64,000 nucleotides of DNA, from assembly GCF_009914755.1 (NCBI RefSeq), contig NC_060932.1; one strand, written 5' to 3'. Position 1 is the stretch's first letter. Each line of letters begins with the position of its first letter. Position numbers and translations under genes: made by a program. This document shows positions 26,153 to 38,666 of the stretch, piece after piece. The stretch is from the human T2T-CHM13v2.0 reference genome, Homo sapiens. The notes beneath the pieces were generated by a model. That model was not told the origin of the DNA. It made no database searches and worked only from the letters and a program-made list of their open reading frames with translations.

Positions 26153-29100
26153 GCAGGGAATGCTGGGAGCCTCACAAGCAGTCCTCTCCCATTCCAGAAC
26201 CCCCTGTGATGTGCCAGGTGGGTTGTAAAGCCCCGGCTTTGAAGCAGGATGCCAGTGTCTCTCTCAGAAGGCCCTCACAAGCGAAAATGGGACCGCAAAT
26301 TTGCAGCTGGGCTGCAGGGACTCAGAGGGACATTGAGATGGGCAGAGGGGAGTGGTGGGCAGAGTAGCAGCAAAACCACAGGGAATTCTGGGAGCCTTCC
26401 AAAGATGCTTCTCCCATCCCAGAAGGCCCTCAGGCTGTCCCAAGTGGGCTGTAAAGTCCCAGGCTTTGGAGCAGAGTGCCTGTATTTTTGGCAGAAGGCC
26501 CTCAGAATCAAAAAAGGGGCCCCAGTGTTTCATCGGCTCACTGCAGGAACTCAGAGGGATGTTGAGACAGAATGAGGGGAGACGAGGAGAGACCACAGGG
26601 AACGTGGGGAACCTCCCAAGAAGGCCTCTCCCCTCCCAGTAGCCCCCAGGACTGTCTCGGGCTAGCTGTAAAGCCCCAGGATTTGGAGCAGGTTGCCTGT
26701 GTCCCTCGCGGAAAACCTTCACAAGTGAAAATGGGTCAGCTTGGTGGTGTGGATGGGCTGCAGAGACTCAAGGGGATGTACCGACAGGCAGAGGGGAGAA
26801 GCAACAATACCGCAGGGAATGCTGGGAGCCTCACAAGGGGGCCTGTCCCATCCCAGAACTTCCCAGTGATGTTTTGGCCAGGCTGTAAAGCCCCAGGCTT
26901 TGTAGCAGGGTGCCTGTGCTGCTCACGAAAGGCCCCACAAGTGAAAACGGGGCTGCATGGTAGCATGTATGGGCCTCAGGGACTGAGGGGGACGTTAAGT
27001 CCTGCAGAACGCAGGAGTGGTGAGATGGCAAGGAATTCTGAAAGACTCCCAAGGAGGCGTGCTGCATCCCAGAAGCCCCCATGCTGGTCCCAGGTGGGCT
27101 GTAAAGCCCCTGGCTTTGAAGCAGAGTGCCAGTGTCTCTCAGAAGGCCCTCACATGCTAAAACAGGGGCCCACTGTGGGTGGGCAGCAGGGACTAAGTAG
27201 GAGAAAGAAGAGGACAAAAAGGAGAAGTGGAGAGTCCACAAAAAATGCTGGTAGTCTCCCACGACTGTCTCTCTCATCCCAGAAGTCCAGGGCTTTCCCC
27301 AGCAAGCTGTAAAACCCGACTTTGGAGCAGGGTGCCTGTGTCTCTCGTGGAAGGACACCACAAGTGAAAATGGGGCCATAAGGTGGTGTGGGGGGGCCTC
27401 AGGGACTCAGGGAGATGTTGAGGCAGGCAGAGCAGAGAAGTGGCGAGAAAGCAGGGTATGCTGGAAGCCTCCCTACTACTCTCCCATCCCAGGAGCCCGC
27501 AGGGCTGTCCTGCGTGGTCTGTGAAGCCCCAGGCTTTGGAGCAGGGTGCCTATGTCTCTCACAGAAGGCTCTTACAAGAGAAATCGGGGCAGTAGGGTGT
27601 GTGACAGGTTGCACGGATTCAGAGGGACATAGAGACAGGGAGAGGGGCGAATTGGCGAGAGCTGAGTGAATGCTGGGAGCCTCCTAAAGAGACCTCTCCC
27701 ATCCCAGAAGCTCTCAGGTTTGTCCTGGGCGGGCTGTAAAGTTCCAGGCTTTGGAGCATGGTGCCTGTGTCTCTCGCAGAAGGCACCCACAAGCAAAAAT
27801 GGCGCCACAGGATGGTGTGAGCAGGCCACAGGGCCTCAGGGGGACATTGAGGCAGGCAGAGGAAAAAAGTGTTGAGATCGCTGGGAATGCTGGCACACTC
27901 CCAAAGAGGCCTCTCCCATCTCAGAAACCCTCAGCGTTGTCCCAAACTTTCTTTAAAGCCCCAGGTTTTGTGGAAGGGTGTCTTTGTCCCTCGTGGAAGG
28001 CCCCATAAGTAACAACAGGGCTGCAAGGTGGCGTGGACAAGCTGCAGGGACTCAGGGGTACTTTGAGGCAGGCAGAAAGGAGTAGTGATGAGACCACAGT
28101 GATTGCTGGAAGCCTCGCAAGGAGATCTCTCCCATGCCAGAAGTCCCCAAGGCTGTCCCTGGTGGATTTTAAAGCCCCAGGCTTTGGAGCAAGGTGCCTG
28201 TGCCTCTCACCAAAGCACCCCACAAGCGAATACCAGGCAGTCCGGTGGTGTGGGCAGGCCACAGGGACTGAGGGGGACATTGAGTCAGGCAGTGGGGAGA
28301 AGCAGAGAGATTGCAGGGAATGCTGGGGGCCTCCCAAGGAGTCCTGTGCCCTCCCAGAAGCTCCTAGGGCAGTCCCTGGAAAGCTGCAAAGCCCCAGGCT
28401 TTGGAGCAGGGCTACTATGTCTCTCGTGGAATGCACCCACAAGTGAAAACAAGGCCACAGGGTGGCATAGACAGGCTGCAGGGACTCACGAGGATGTTCA
28501 AGCAGGAAGAAGAAAGAAGCCTCCAGATCGAGGGGAATTCTGGGAGCCGTCTAAGGAGGCCCCTCCCATCCCATCCAGGGCTGTCCTGGACTTGCTGTAA
28601 AGCCCAAGGTTTTTTGCAGGGTGGCTTTGTCTCTAGTGGAAGGCCCCCATAAACAAAAACGGGGCCTCAGGGTGGTGTGGGCGGGCCGCAGGGAATCAAG
28701 GGCACGTTGAGGCAGTCAGTAGGAAAAGTGGAGAGACTACAGGGAATGCTGGTAGCCTCCCAAGAAGGCCTCTCCAATCCCAGAATGTCTCAGGTCTGTT
28801 TTGGGTGGGCTGTAAAGCCCCAGGCTTTGCAGCAGAGTGCCTGTTTCTCTCACCGAAGGCACACACAAGCAAAAATGGGGGCGCAGGTTTGTGTGGTGGG
28901 ATGGCAGGGACTAAGAGGGACGTTGAGGCAGGCAGATGGAAGAAATGGAGAGACGACAGGGAATGCTGAAAGCCTCTCAAGGTGGCCTCTCCCATCCTAG
29001 AAGCCCCTAGGGCTGTCCTGGGGAGGCTGTAACGCCACAGGCTTTGGAGCAGGGTACCTGTGTCTCTCACAGAAGTCTACCACAAGTGAAAACAAAGCTG

Positions 29101-29564
29101 CAGGGTGGCCTGGGTACACCACCGGGACTCAGGTGGACTTTAAGGCAGACAGAGAGGAGAAACAGCAAGACTGCAGGGAATGCTAGGAGCTACCCAAGAA
29201 GGCCTCTCCCATCCCAGAAGCCCTCAGAGCTGTCCTGGGCAGGCTGTATAGCCCCCGGCTTGGAGCAGGGTGCCTGTGTCTCTCACAGAAGGCCCTCACA
29301 AGCGGAATCCGCGCTGCAGGGTGGCGTGGGCGAGCTGCAGGAACTCAGGGGAACGTTGAGTCAGGCAGGAGGGAGAAGCGGCGATAGTGTAGGGAATGCT
29401 GGGAGCCTCACAATTAGACCTCTCCCGTCCCAGAAGTTCTTAGGGCTGTCCTGAACGAATTGTAAAGCCCCAAGCTTTGGAGCACAGTGCCTGTGTCTCT
29501 CATGGAAGGCCCCCACAAAAAAAAAACGGGGCAGCAGGGTGGGGTGGGCAGGCTGCAGGGACTC
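26153..29564 (+). repeat. Gamma satellite array (continuation after the provirus)
   Basis: Same ~216-bp monomer and orientation, ending at ...ggctgcagggactc. Confidence 0.9.
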
Positions 29565-32155
29565 TGTCCCAACCCGGGGGTTCCCCAGAGGCTTCTTGGA
29601 AGGGACAGGCGTTTCTGGGATGACTCAGCACCCGCTCAGGCCTTGCTGCTTCTCCCCTTTGCTCACCTGAACGTCCCCCTGAGTTTCTGCCCACCCTCAC
29701 AGGCCTACCTGCCGCTCCGCCACCACTGCTGGGATCCCTCCGAGAAAGACACAGGCACCCTGGGCCAGTGCCCGGGGCTCTAGCCCCCCACCCCCAGGGG
29801 ATGCACTGTGGGCTTTTGGGAAGGAAGAGGCCTCCCTGGGATGGCCCAGCATCTGCTCAGGTCTTGTCACTTCTCCCCTCGGCCTGCCTCAACGTCTCCC
29901 TGAGTTTCTGTCCCTCTCCATAGGCCAGACTGTGGCCCTCCCGCAGTTTTGTGGGGACTTCCGCTAGAGACACAGAAACTCTGGGCTGGAATCTGGGGCT
30001 CTAGCCATGACAACGGGGTGCCTTTGGGGCTTCTGAAAAGAGAGAGGCCTCCCTGGGAGGATGCAGGACTTGCTCAGGTCTTGCCAATTCTCACCTCTGC
30101 CTGCCTCAACATCTCCCTGAGTTTCTGCTTTCTTGTACAGGCCTGCCTGCCACCCTGCCACCACCTGTGGGGGCCCTTTGTGAGAGATAGAAGCAACCTT
30201 GGCCAAACTCCGGGGCTTTAGTCTCTACATGGGTGGTGCCCCAGGGGCTTCTGGGAAGGGAGAGGACTCCCTCAAACAACCCCACTCCTGCTCAGCCCTC
30301 ACCGCTTCTCCCCTTGGCATGCATCAACGTCTCCTTGAGTTTCTGCCCATCAGCACAGGCCTGCCTGCTGCCCTGTCGACACCCATGGGAGCCCTCCTAG
30401 AGACACAGGCACCTTGGGCCAGAGCCCAGGGCCCTAGTACCAATTCCGGGTTGCCCTGGTGGCTTCTAAAAAGGGAGAGGCCTATTTGGGAGGAGCCAGT
30501 ACCCACTAAGGTCTCAGGTCTTCTCCCCTCTGCCTAACTCAACATCCCCCCGTGTTTCTGCCTGCCCACACAGGCCCGCCTTTGACCTGCTGCCACACGT
30601 GGTTGTCCTCTGCAAGAGACACAGGCACCCCAGGCTGGAGCCTCGGACTCTAGCCCCCACCTGCAGGGCATCTCAGAGGCTTCCGGGAAGGGAGAGGACT
30701 CCCTGGGATGACCCAGCTCCCCTTCAGGCCTTGCCTCTTCTCCCCTCTGCCTGCATCAACGTCCTTCTGAGTTCCTGCTCTCCCACCCAAGCCCAGCTGC
30801 TGTCCTGCCACTACCCATGGGACCCTCTGTGAGAGGCACAGGCACTCTGGGCCGGAGCTTGGGGACCTAGCCCCCACCCAGGGGGTGCTCCAGAGGCTTC
30901 TAAGAGAGGAGAGGCCTTTTTGGGAAGGCACAGCACCAGCTCAGGCCTCGCCTCTTCTCCTCTCTGTCTGCCTCAATATTCCCCTGAGTTTCTGCCCACC
31001 AGCGCAAACCTGCCTGTGACCCATTGCTGCTCATGGTTGTTCTTTGAGAGAGAAACAGGCACTCTGGGCCAGAGCCCCAACCCTGCGGGCTCCTCTGGGG
31101 CCTCTAGAAAGGGAGAGGCTGCCCTGGGAACATGCAGCACCCCTCAGGCCTTGCCACTTCTTTCCTCTACCTGCCTTAATGTCCACCTGAATTTCTGCCT
31201 GCCAGCACAGACTTGCCTGCAGCCCTGCTGTCACCCTTGGGGGCCGTTGAGGAGAGACACAGCCACCCTGGGCCAGAGTCTGGGGCTCTAGCCCCCACCC
31301 GGGAGGCATGCAAGAGGCTTCCGGGAAGGGAGAGGCCTCCCTAAGAATACCCAGCACCTGCTCAGGCCTCAGCACTTATCTCCTCTGTCTGCCTCAATGT
31401 CCCCCTGAGTTTCTGCCTGCCTGGAGAGGCCAGCCTGCAGCCCTGCTGCCACCAGTGGGAGCCCTGCACAAGAGAAACAGTCACCCTGGGCCAGAGTGCA
31501 GGGTTCTAGCCCCAAACCAGAAGGCAACCCAGGGCCCTCTAGGAGGGGAGAGACCTCCGTTGGATGACCCAGCACCCACTAAGGCCTCTCAGCTTCTCCT
31601 TTCTACCTGCCTCAACATTCCCCTGAGTTTCTACCCATCCACACAGGCCTGCCTGGGGCCCCACTGCCACCCCTGGGGGCACTCCATGAGACACACAGTC
31701 TTTCTAGGCCAGAACACGGGGCTCTAGCCCCCAACTGGGGAACACCTGGGGGCTTCTGGGAAGGGAGAGTCCTACTTGGGGGTACCCAGTACCTGCTCAA
31801 GCCTCGCCACTTCTCCCCTCTGCCTGCCTCAATGTCTCCCTCTATATCTGCCCACCTGCACACGCCCACCTGATGCCCTGTCCTCATCCGTGGAGGCCCT
31901 TCACTAAAGACACAGGCACTTTGGGCTGGAGTCCTGGGCTCTTGCCATGACACGGGGGCACTGCAAGGGCTTCTGAAAAGGGAGAGGCCTCCCCGTGAGG
32001 ACACAACCTTTGCTCAGGCCTCACTGCTTCTGAGTTTTTGCCCACCCTCACAAGCCTGCCTGCAGCCCCACCACTGTCCATGGAGGCCCTCCAGGAGAGA
32101 CACAGTGGGAGCCCAGGGGCTTCTGGGAAGGGAGAGTCATCATCGGAGGACGCAG
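29565..32155 (-). repeat. Second gamma-satellite subfamily (GSATX-like), inverted, ~218-bp monomers
   Basis: C-rich plus strand: cttctcccctctgcctgcctcaacgtccccctgagtttctgcc...gagacacaggcaccctgggccagagcc...ggcttctgggaagggagaggcctccctggg. Its reverse complement shares three blocks with the first array but differs in between. Confidence 0.85.
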
Positions 32156-32662
32156 TGTTGGGAACAGACCCATAAATCTGGCCATAAACTGGCCCCAAAA
32201 CTGGCCATAAACAAAATCTCTGCAGCGCTGTGACATGCTCGAGATGGCCATGATGCCCACGCTGAAGGTTGTTGGTTTACTGGAATGAGGGCAAGGAACA
32301 CCTGGCCCACCCAGGGTGGAAAACCGCTTAAAGGCATTTCTAAACCATAAACAATAGCATGAGCGATCTATGTCTTAAGGACATGTTTCTGCTGCAGACA
32401 ACTAGCCACAGCCCATCCCTTTGTTTCGGCCCATCCCTTTGTTTCCCATAAGGAATATTTTAGTTAATCTATAATCTATAGAGACAATGTTTCTCACTGG
32501 CTTGCTGTCAATAAATACCTGGGTAAATCTCTGTTCATGGCTTTCAGCGCTGAATGCTGTCAGGCCCCTGATTTCCCACTCCACACTATATATTTCTGTG
32601 TGTGTTTTTAATTCCACTAGTGCCACTAGGTTAGGGTCTCCACGACTGAGCTGCTCTCAGCA
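32156..32662 (+). repeat. 5' LTR (MER9)
   Basis: tgttgggaacag...tctggccataaactggccccaaaactggccataaac...ctcagca. AATAAA at 32510-32515. Confidence 0.92.
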
Positions 32663-32664
32663 AG

Positions 32665-32683
32665 TGGTGCCCATATGTGGGGC
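32665..32683 (+). promoter_or_regulatory. tRNA-Lys primer-binding site
   Basis: tggtgcccatatgtggggc two bases after the LTR end. Confidence 0.8.
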
Positions 32684-32808
32684 TCAAACCCAGGTCAAAG
32701 AGTCACTGGAGCGATGGTTGGAGAACGTGGAACTATGCTGGAAGACACCTGAGTTCTCTTAAGCAATCCCCATGGTAAAAAGGGGAGCTCGGAAGCATCA
32801 GGGTAACA

Positions 32809-34173
32809 ATGGGATAAGTGTGGGCTCTGGTTCTTTCCACCTTGGAACATTTTCACACTGATGATGAAGAGGAAGGATAGTATAATGAAGTAACAGAAGA
32901 GGTGACAGAGCAGGTTTGTTTGCCAGCTAAAGCTAAAGCAGCAAGGAAGGTAGAGGTTAGTCCTTACCCTTCTGCACCCCCTTATTATTTTGAAGAAAAA
33001 GAGTGGTCTGGCCCTCCATATCTTTCTTTTCTGGAGGACACTGGGAGAAAAGTAGTTGCCCCAGTGACTGTTTGAGCACTGCCTTGGGCGACTGCTCTCA
33101 CTTCTATTTAGGCAGAAATTCAGCAAGCTAGATGAGAGGGTGATATAGAGGCTTGGCAGTACCCTGTTAGGATACAACCCCAAGATCAGCATGGAAATAT
33201 TAGAGCTACATTTGAGCCTTTTCCTTTTAAATTACTCAAGGAATTTAAACAAGCTATTAATCAATATGGGCCAGGTTCTGCTTTTGTAATGAGACTGTTA
33301 AAGAATGTTGCTGTTTCCAGTCGGATGATCCCTACTTACTGGGATGCTCTTACTCGAGCTTGTCTGACTCCTGCTTAGTTCTTACAATTTAAAACATGTT
33401 GGGTAGATGAGGCTTCCATTCAGGCTGCTTGCAAAACCCAGGCCCAACCTCAAATTAATATAACTGCAGAACAACTTTTGGGGGTCGGTGGCTGGGTTGG
33501 TTTAGATGCACAAGTGGTCATGCAGGATGATGCCAAAGAATAGCTTAGAGGAGTGTGCATTAGACTTTGGGAAAAAATCACTTCAGGTGGAGAACAATAC
33601 CCTTCCTTTAGTGCTGTGAAACAAGGACCAAAAGAAATGTTCACAGATTTTATAGCTTGGTTACAGGAGTCTCTTAAAAAGGTGATTGCAGATTTGGCTG
33701 CTCAGGATATAGTGTTGCAGTTATTAGCTTTTGACAATGCTAATCCGAGGACCAGGCTGCTCTGTGACCTATTGGAGGGAAAGCACGTTTAGTTGATTAT
33801 ATCAAGCTCTGTGACATTATCAGAGGTAATCTACATAAAGCTACTCTGTTGATGCAAGCCATGGCAAGACTAAAAGGGGGGTAAAAGAAAGCACTCCATT
33901 TCCTGGAAACTTGTTTTAACTGTGGAAGCATGATCATACTAAAAAAGAATGTAGAAAAAAATCAGCGAGTCAGGCCACCTGTTGAGGGAAAAAAAGAACT
34001 GCTGAGCCTGGAATATGTACAAAATGTAAAAAAGGAAAACATTGGGTTTATCAGTGTCACTCTAAGTTTGATAAAGGTGGGAACCCGATTTTGGGAAACG
34101 ACATGAGGGGCCCATCCCCGGCTATGTTACAAACCTGGCATTTCTGGCTCAGGCCATTCTCTCACCCCTGTAA
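32809..34173 (+). pseudogene. gag: HML-3 gag, multiple stops, most of matrix absent
   Basis: gggtaacaATGgga start. Capsid MHR (VKQGPKEMFTDFIAWL). Zinc knuckles at ~33912-33951 (frameshifted) and CTKCKKGKHWVYQC at ~34016-34057. End is approximate. Confidence 0.88.
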
Positions 34174-35000
34174 AATGCCTGTCCCCTGCCACAGCCATTA
34201 GTGTTGTAGTAGACTTAGGCTGCACAAAAGCTGTAAGCCTTCTGCCTAGGGAACCCCACAAAAAATACCAAGAAGAGTCTGTGGACCCTTGCCACTGGGG
34301 ATGATAGGATTAGTTCTAGGTAGATCTAGTCTAAATTTAAAAGGAGTGCAAGTACATACAGGAGTCATTGATTCAGATTACAATGGGGAAATTCAAAGTG
34401 TTATATCTACTTTTGTTTCCTGGAAAACAGAGCCAGGAGAGCATACAGCACAACTACTGATTGTGCCATATGTGGAAATGGGGGAAAGTGAAATTAAATG
34501 AGCAGGCGGATTTGGAAGCACAAATAAACAAGGCAAAGCAGTTTTTGGGTGAATCAAATTACTGATAAATGTCCTACCTGTGAAATAACTATTCAAGGAA
34601 AGAAATTTAAAGGCTTGGTAGATACAGGAGCAGACATTTCAATCATTTTGCTACAGCACTGGCCGTCTGTGTGGCCAATTCAACCCACTCAATTTTACAT
34701 AGTTGGAGTTGGTAAAGCCTCTGAGTATATCAACGCATTTATATTTTGCTTTGTGAAGGGCCCAATGGACAACCTGGGACTACTCAACCAATTATAACTT
34801 CTGTTATGGGGAAGAGATTTATTACAACAATAGGGAGCAAAAGTTCTAATTCCAGAACAATTTTATAGCCCTCAAAGTCAACATACGGTACATGAAATGG
34901 GATATGTCTCTGGTATGGGACTAGGAAAAATTTGCAAGGTTTGAAGGAACCACTTCAAGTGGAAAGACAAAGTTCCCCCCAAGGTTTAGGATATCATTTT
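34100..35000 (+). pseudogene. pro: HML-3 pro (dUTPase-protease), disrupted
   Basis: dUTPase GRSSLNLKGVQVHTGVIDSDYNGEI (34289-34501) and aspartic protease LVDTGADISI (34549-34797). Boundaries are approximate. Confidence 0.9.
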
Positions 35001-37584
35001 TGATTGTGGCAATTGTTAAGCCTCCAGAACCTATACCTTTAAAATTGTTAACAACAGAAAAGCCATTTTGAATAGAACAATGGCCACTGAGTAAAGAGCA
35101 ACTGGAGTCTTTAGAGGACTTAGTTACTGAACAATTAGAAAAAGGACACATAGCTCCCACATTTTCCCCTTGGAGTTCTCCAGTTTTCGTAATTAAGCAA
35201 AAATCAGGTAAATGGAGAACGTTAACTGACTTAAGAGCCATTAATTCAGTTATACAACCTATGGAGACATTACAGCTGGGATTACCTTCTCCTGCTATGA
35301 TTCTGAAAAATTGGCCTTCAATAGTCATAGATTTAGAAGACTGTTTCTTTGCTAGCTCCTTAGCTGAGCAAGACTGTGAAAGTTTTGCATTTACAATTCC
35401 TGCAGTAAACAACCTGAAGTCCGGTAAGAATTTTCACTGGAAAGTGTTGCCACAAGGAATGTTAAACAGTCCAACAATTTGCCAGAAAGATGTAGGGCAA
35501 GCAATTGAAACTACTTGTAAAAATTTTTCACAGTGTTACATTATTCATTATATGGACGATATACTTTGTGCTACCCCCACTCCAGAAATAATAATCCAAT
35601 GTTATGATCACTTACAAAATTCGATTTCTCATGCCAGTTTAATTATAGCTCCTGACAAAATTCAGACTACTAGTCCTTACTCCTACTTAGGGACCTTAGT
35701 AAATGACAGTACCATTGTGCCACAAAAAGTAAACATATATAGTGATCAATTGAAAAAGTTAAATGACTTTCAAAAATTACTAGGGGATGTTAATCAGATA
35801 GGACCTGCTCTAGGCATTCCTACCTATGCCATGAGTAATCTACTTTCTATCCTTAGAGGAGATCCTAGTGTAACTAGACCTTGTCAATTAAAAAAGAAGG
35901 CTGAGGCAGAGTTACAGCTAATTGAGAAGCAAGTCCATAAAGCTCAAATAAATAGAATAGTTTCAGAGAAGACTCTAGATTTGCTAATTTTTCCAACTCA
36001 TCATTCACCTACTGATGTTGTTGTCCAAGAGCAGAACTTAGTAGAATGGCTTTTTCTTCCACATACTAATTCATGGACTCTAACTCCTTACTTGGATCAA
36101 ATCGCTTCTATGATAGGAAATGGGAAAACTCAGATTGTTAAATTACATGGATATGATCCTGGAAAAATAATTGCCCCTCTAATGAAGGCACAAATATGGC
36201 AAGCTTTTATAAATAGACTTACTTGGTTAACCCATTCAACTGATTTTGTGGGTATTCTCAATTATCATTTTCCTAAAACTAAACTGTTTCAATTTTTGAA
36301 ATTAGCTAATTGGATTCTCCCTAAAATAACTAAATTTAAACCAATAGAAAGTGTTAGAAATGTCTTCACAGGTGGGTCTAGTAATGGTAAAGTTTCTTAT
36401 TCTGGCACGAAAGGTAAAATTTTCACACACCCTATACTTCAGCTCAAAAAGCAGAGCTTGTAGCTGTAATTGAGGTACTGACTGCTTTTGATACTCCTAT
36501 TAATGTGATTTCTCATTCTTTATATGTGGTTCATTCCACACAATTAATTGAAAATGCTCAGTTACGATTTCATACAGATGAACAACTGATGACTTTATTT
36601 CCCCAATTGCAAACAGCAGTTAGGAGTAGAATTCACCCTTTTTACATCACTCATGTTAGGGCTCACATTTGGGCTCATACACCTCTTCCAGGACCTTTAA
36701 CTAAAGGGAATCAAATGACTGATTGCTTAGTTGCTACTGCAATATATAATGCTAGACACTTTCACAATTCAACCCATGTAAACGCCTCTGGTCTCAAACG
36801 CAGGTACAGCCTTACCTGGAAAGAAGCTAAAGCTATTATCCAGTGAGGCCCAACTTGCCAAATGGTGCATTCCTCATCTTTTACAGGAGGAGTTAATCCT
36901 CGAGGATTGGAACCTAATTGTCTTTGACAAATGGACGTCACACATATTCCCTCATTTGGAAGACTAGTTTATCTACATGTATGTGAGGACACCTTTTATC
37001 ATTTTGTCTCAGCTACATGCCAATCAGGAGAGTCTTCTGCCTGTGTTAAACTTCACCTTTTGCAATGTTTTGTGGTGATGGCCATTCGAGCTTCTATTAA
37101 AACAGATAATTCCCCAGGCCATACTAGCCAAGCTCTAGCTACATTTTTCTCCATATGGAATATTAAACACATTACTCTTATCCCATATAATTCTCAAGGA
37201 GAAGCCATAGAGGAAAGAACAAATCTCTCCCTAAAATGACAATTGCAAAAGCAGAAGGAGGGGAACAGGGACTATGGATCACCCCATATGCAATTGAATC
37301 TAGCATTATTGACTTTAAATTTTTTGAGCCTGCCTAAAGGCCAGATGCTATCAGCAGCTGAATAGCATCTACAGAAACCAGCTGCAAAGATGGAAGCAGA
37401 ACAACTGGTTTGGTGGAGAGATCTGATAACAAAAAGATGGGATATAGGTAAAACAATAACTAGGGGTAGAGATTATGCTTGTGTTTCTACAGGCCAAAAC
37501 CAGCAGCCAATTTGGATACCATCAAGACACCTGAAGCCTTATCATGAGCCAGATCCCGAGAAAGAGATTCTGGGAGGATCCTGA
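35000..37584 (+). pseudogene. pol: HML-3 pol (RT, RNase H, integrase)
   Basis: RT frame open 35072-36463 with IDLEDCFF, LPQGMLNSP, YMDD. RNase H is mutated (FTGGSS) and frameshifted. Integrase fragments MDVTH..KTDNS..IEER (36931-37239) and [14 protein letters not shown] (37390-37584). Confidence 0.95.
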
Positions 37585-38620
37585 GGAGTCCCCCATTGCA
37601 GTCATGTCGAGACTGACACTGAGGAGGACCCCAACTGTCAAGAGCAACACCCGTCAAACACAGCCACATACCTGGGGACAGATCAAAAATCTGTCATGGG
37701 TGGTGGAAGAAAATCTGAGGAAAGCGGAACAACCAGTCACAGTGAGTAATTTAATGATAGCTATGATAGCAGTGATCACCCTTTTCATGAGTATTCCTTC
37801 AACAAGGGCTGACACAGAGAACAATTATACTTGTTGGGCATATTTATGAATCTTGGCTGGCAATAATGACTGGATGTAATCAGTGTCTGACAGTTACACA
37901 GGCTTTCTGATCTCAGTATTTAACATAATAAATTTGCTACTATAATTAAGGCATAATGCCCTCAGAAACCTATTTGTAAACAGAATTGCACCTGGAAAGA
38001 AGTAATGAATGTACTTGTTTAAGAAGATTGCATTGCAGAACATGCAGAGGTGTTGCACAGAGATTCCTATGGAATCATTGATTGGTCCCCTAAGGGGATG
38101 TTCATCTGGAATTGCACCTCTCAGTCTGCATGCCATGGCCATATGTTCAGCTTCTCTGAAAAAAATGGTTAGATGGTAGAAATGGTAACAAATATGGCAA
38201 GAGTTCCTATTATCTAGAAACATGGCAGTATAGTGGCACCTCAATCTCAAATAATATGGCCTGCTGCAGGAGCTAAACATAAGGATTTGTGGACACTATT
38301 CATGGCTCTTAATGAGATCAAAATTTGGAAAAGAATAAAAAAGCATCTAGAAAGACACTCTACAAACTTGTCTTTGGATATTGCAAAATTAAAAGAACAA
38401 ATATTTAAAGCATCCCAGGCACACCTGACCTTAATGCAAGGAACTGGAGTGCTTGAAGGAGCTGCAGACAAATTAGCAGCTAGTAACCCATTAAAATGGA
38501 TAAAAACACTGGAAGCTCTGTAATTTCAATGATAATTGTGTTTTTAATCTGTGTTTTTTGTCTTTATATAGTCTGCAGATATGGATCCCAATTCCTGTGA
38601 GAAGTAGCTCACCATGATAA
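37544..38620 (+). pseudogene. env: HML-3 env remnant, internally deleted (~1.1 kb)
   Basis: Signal-peptide-like TWGQIK...NLMIAMIAVIT...NNYTCWAY and TM piece NLSLDIAKLKEQIFKASQAHL...NPLKWIKT. No fusion peptide seen. Confidence 0.85.
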
Positions 38621-38652
38621 GGTCACCTTTGCTTTTATCATCTTGCAAAAAC

Positions 38653-38664
38653 AAAAGGGGGGAA
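38653..38664 (+). promoter_or_regulatory. Polypurine tract of the HML-3 provirus
   Basis: aaaaggggggaa just before the 3' LTR. Confidence 0.8.
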
Positions 38665-38666
38665 CA

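Noticed and set aside
32665-32683. tRNA gene
   Set aside because: Only an ~18-nt PBS complementary to a tRNA-Lys 3' end; no cloverleaf.
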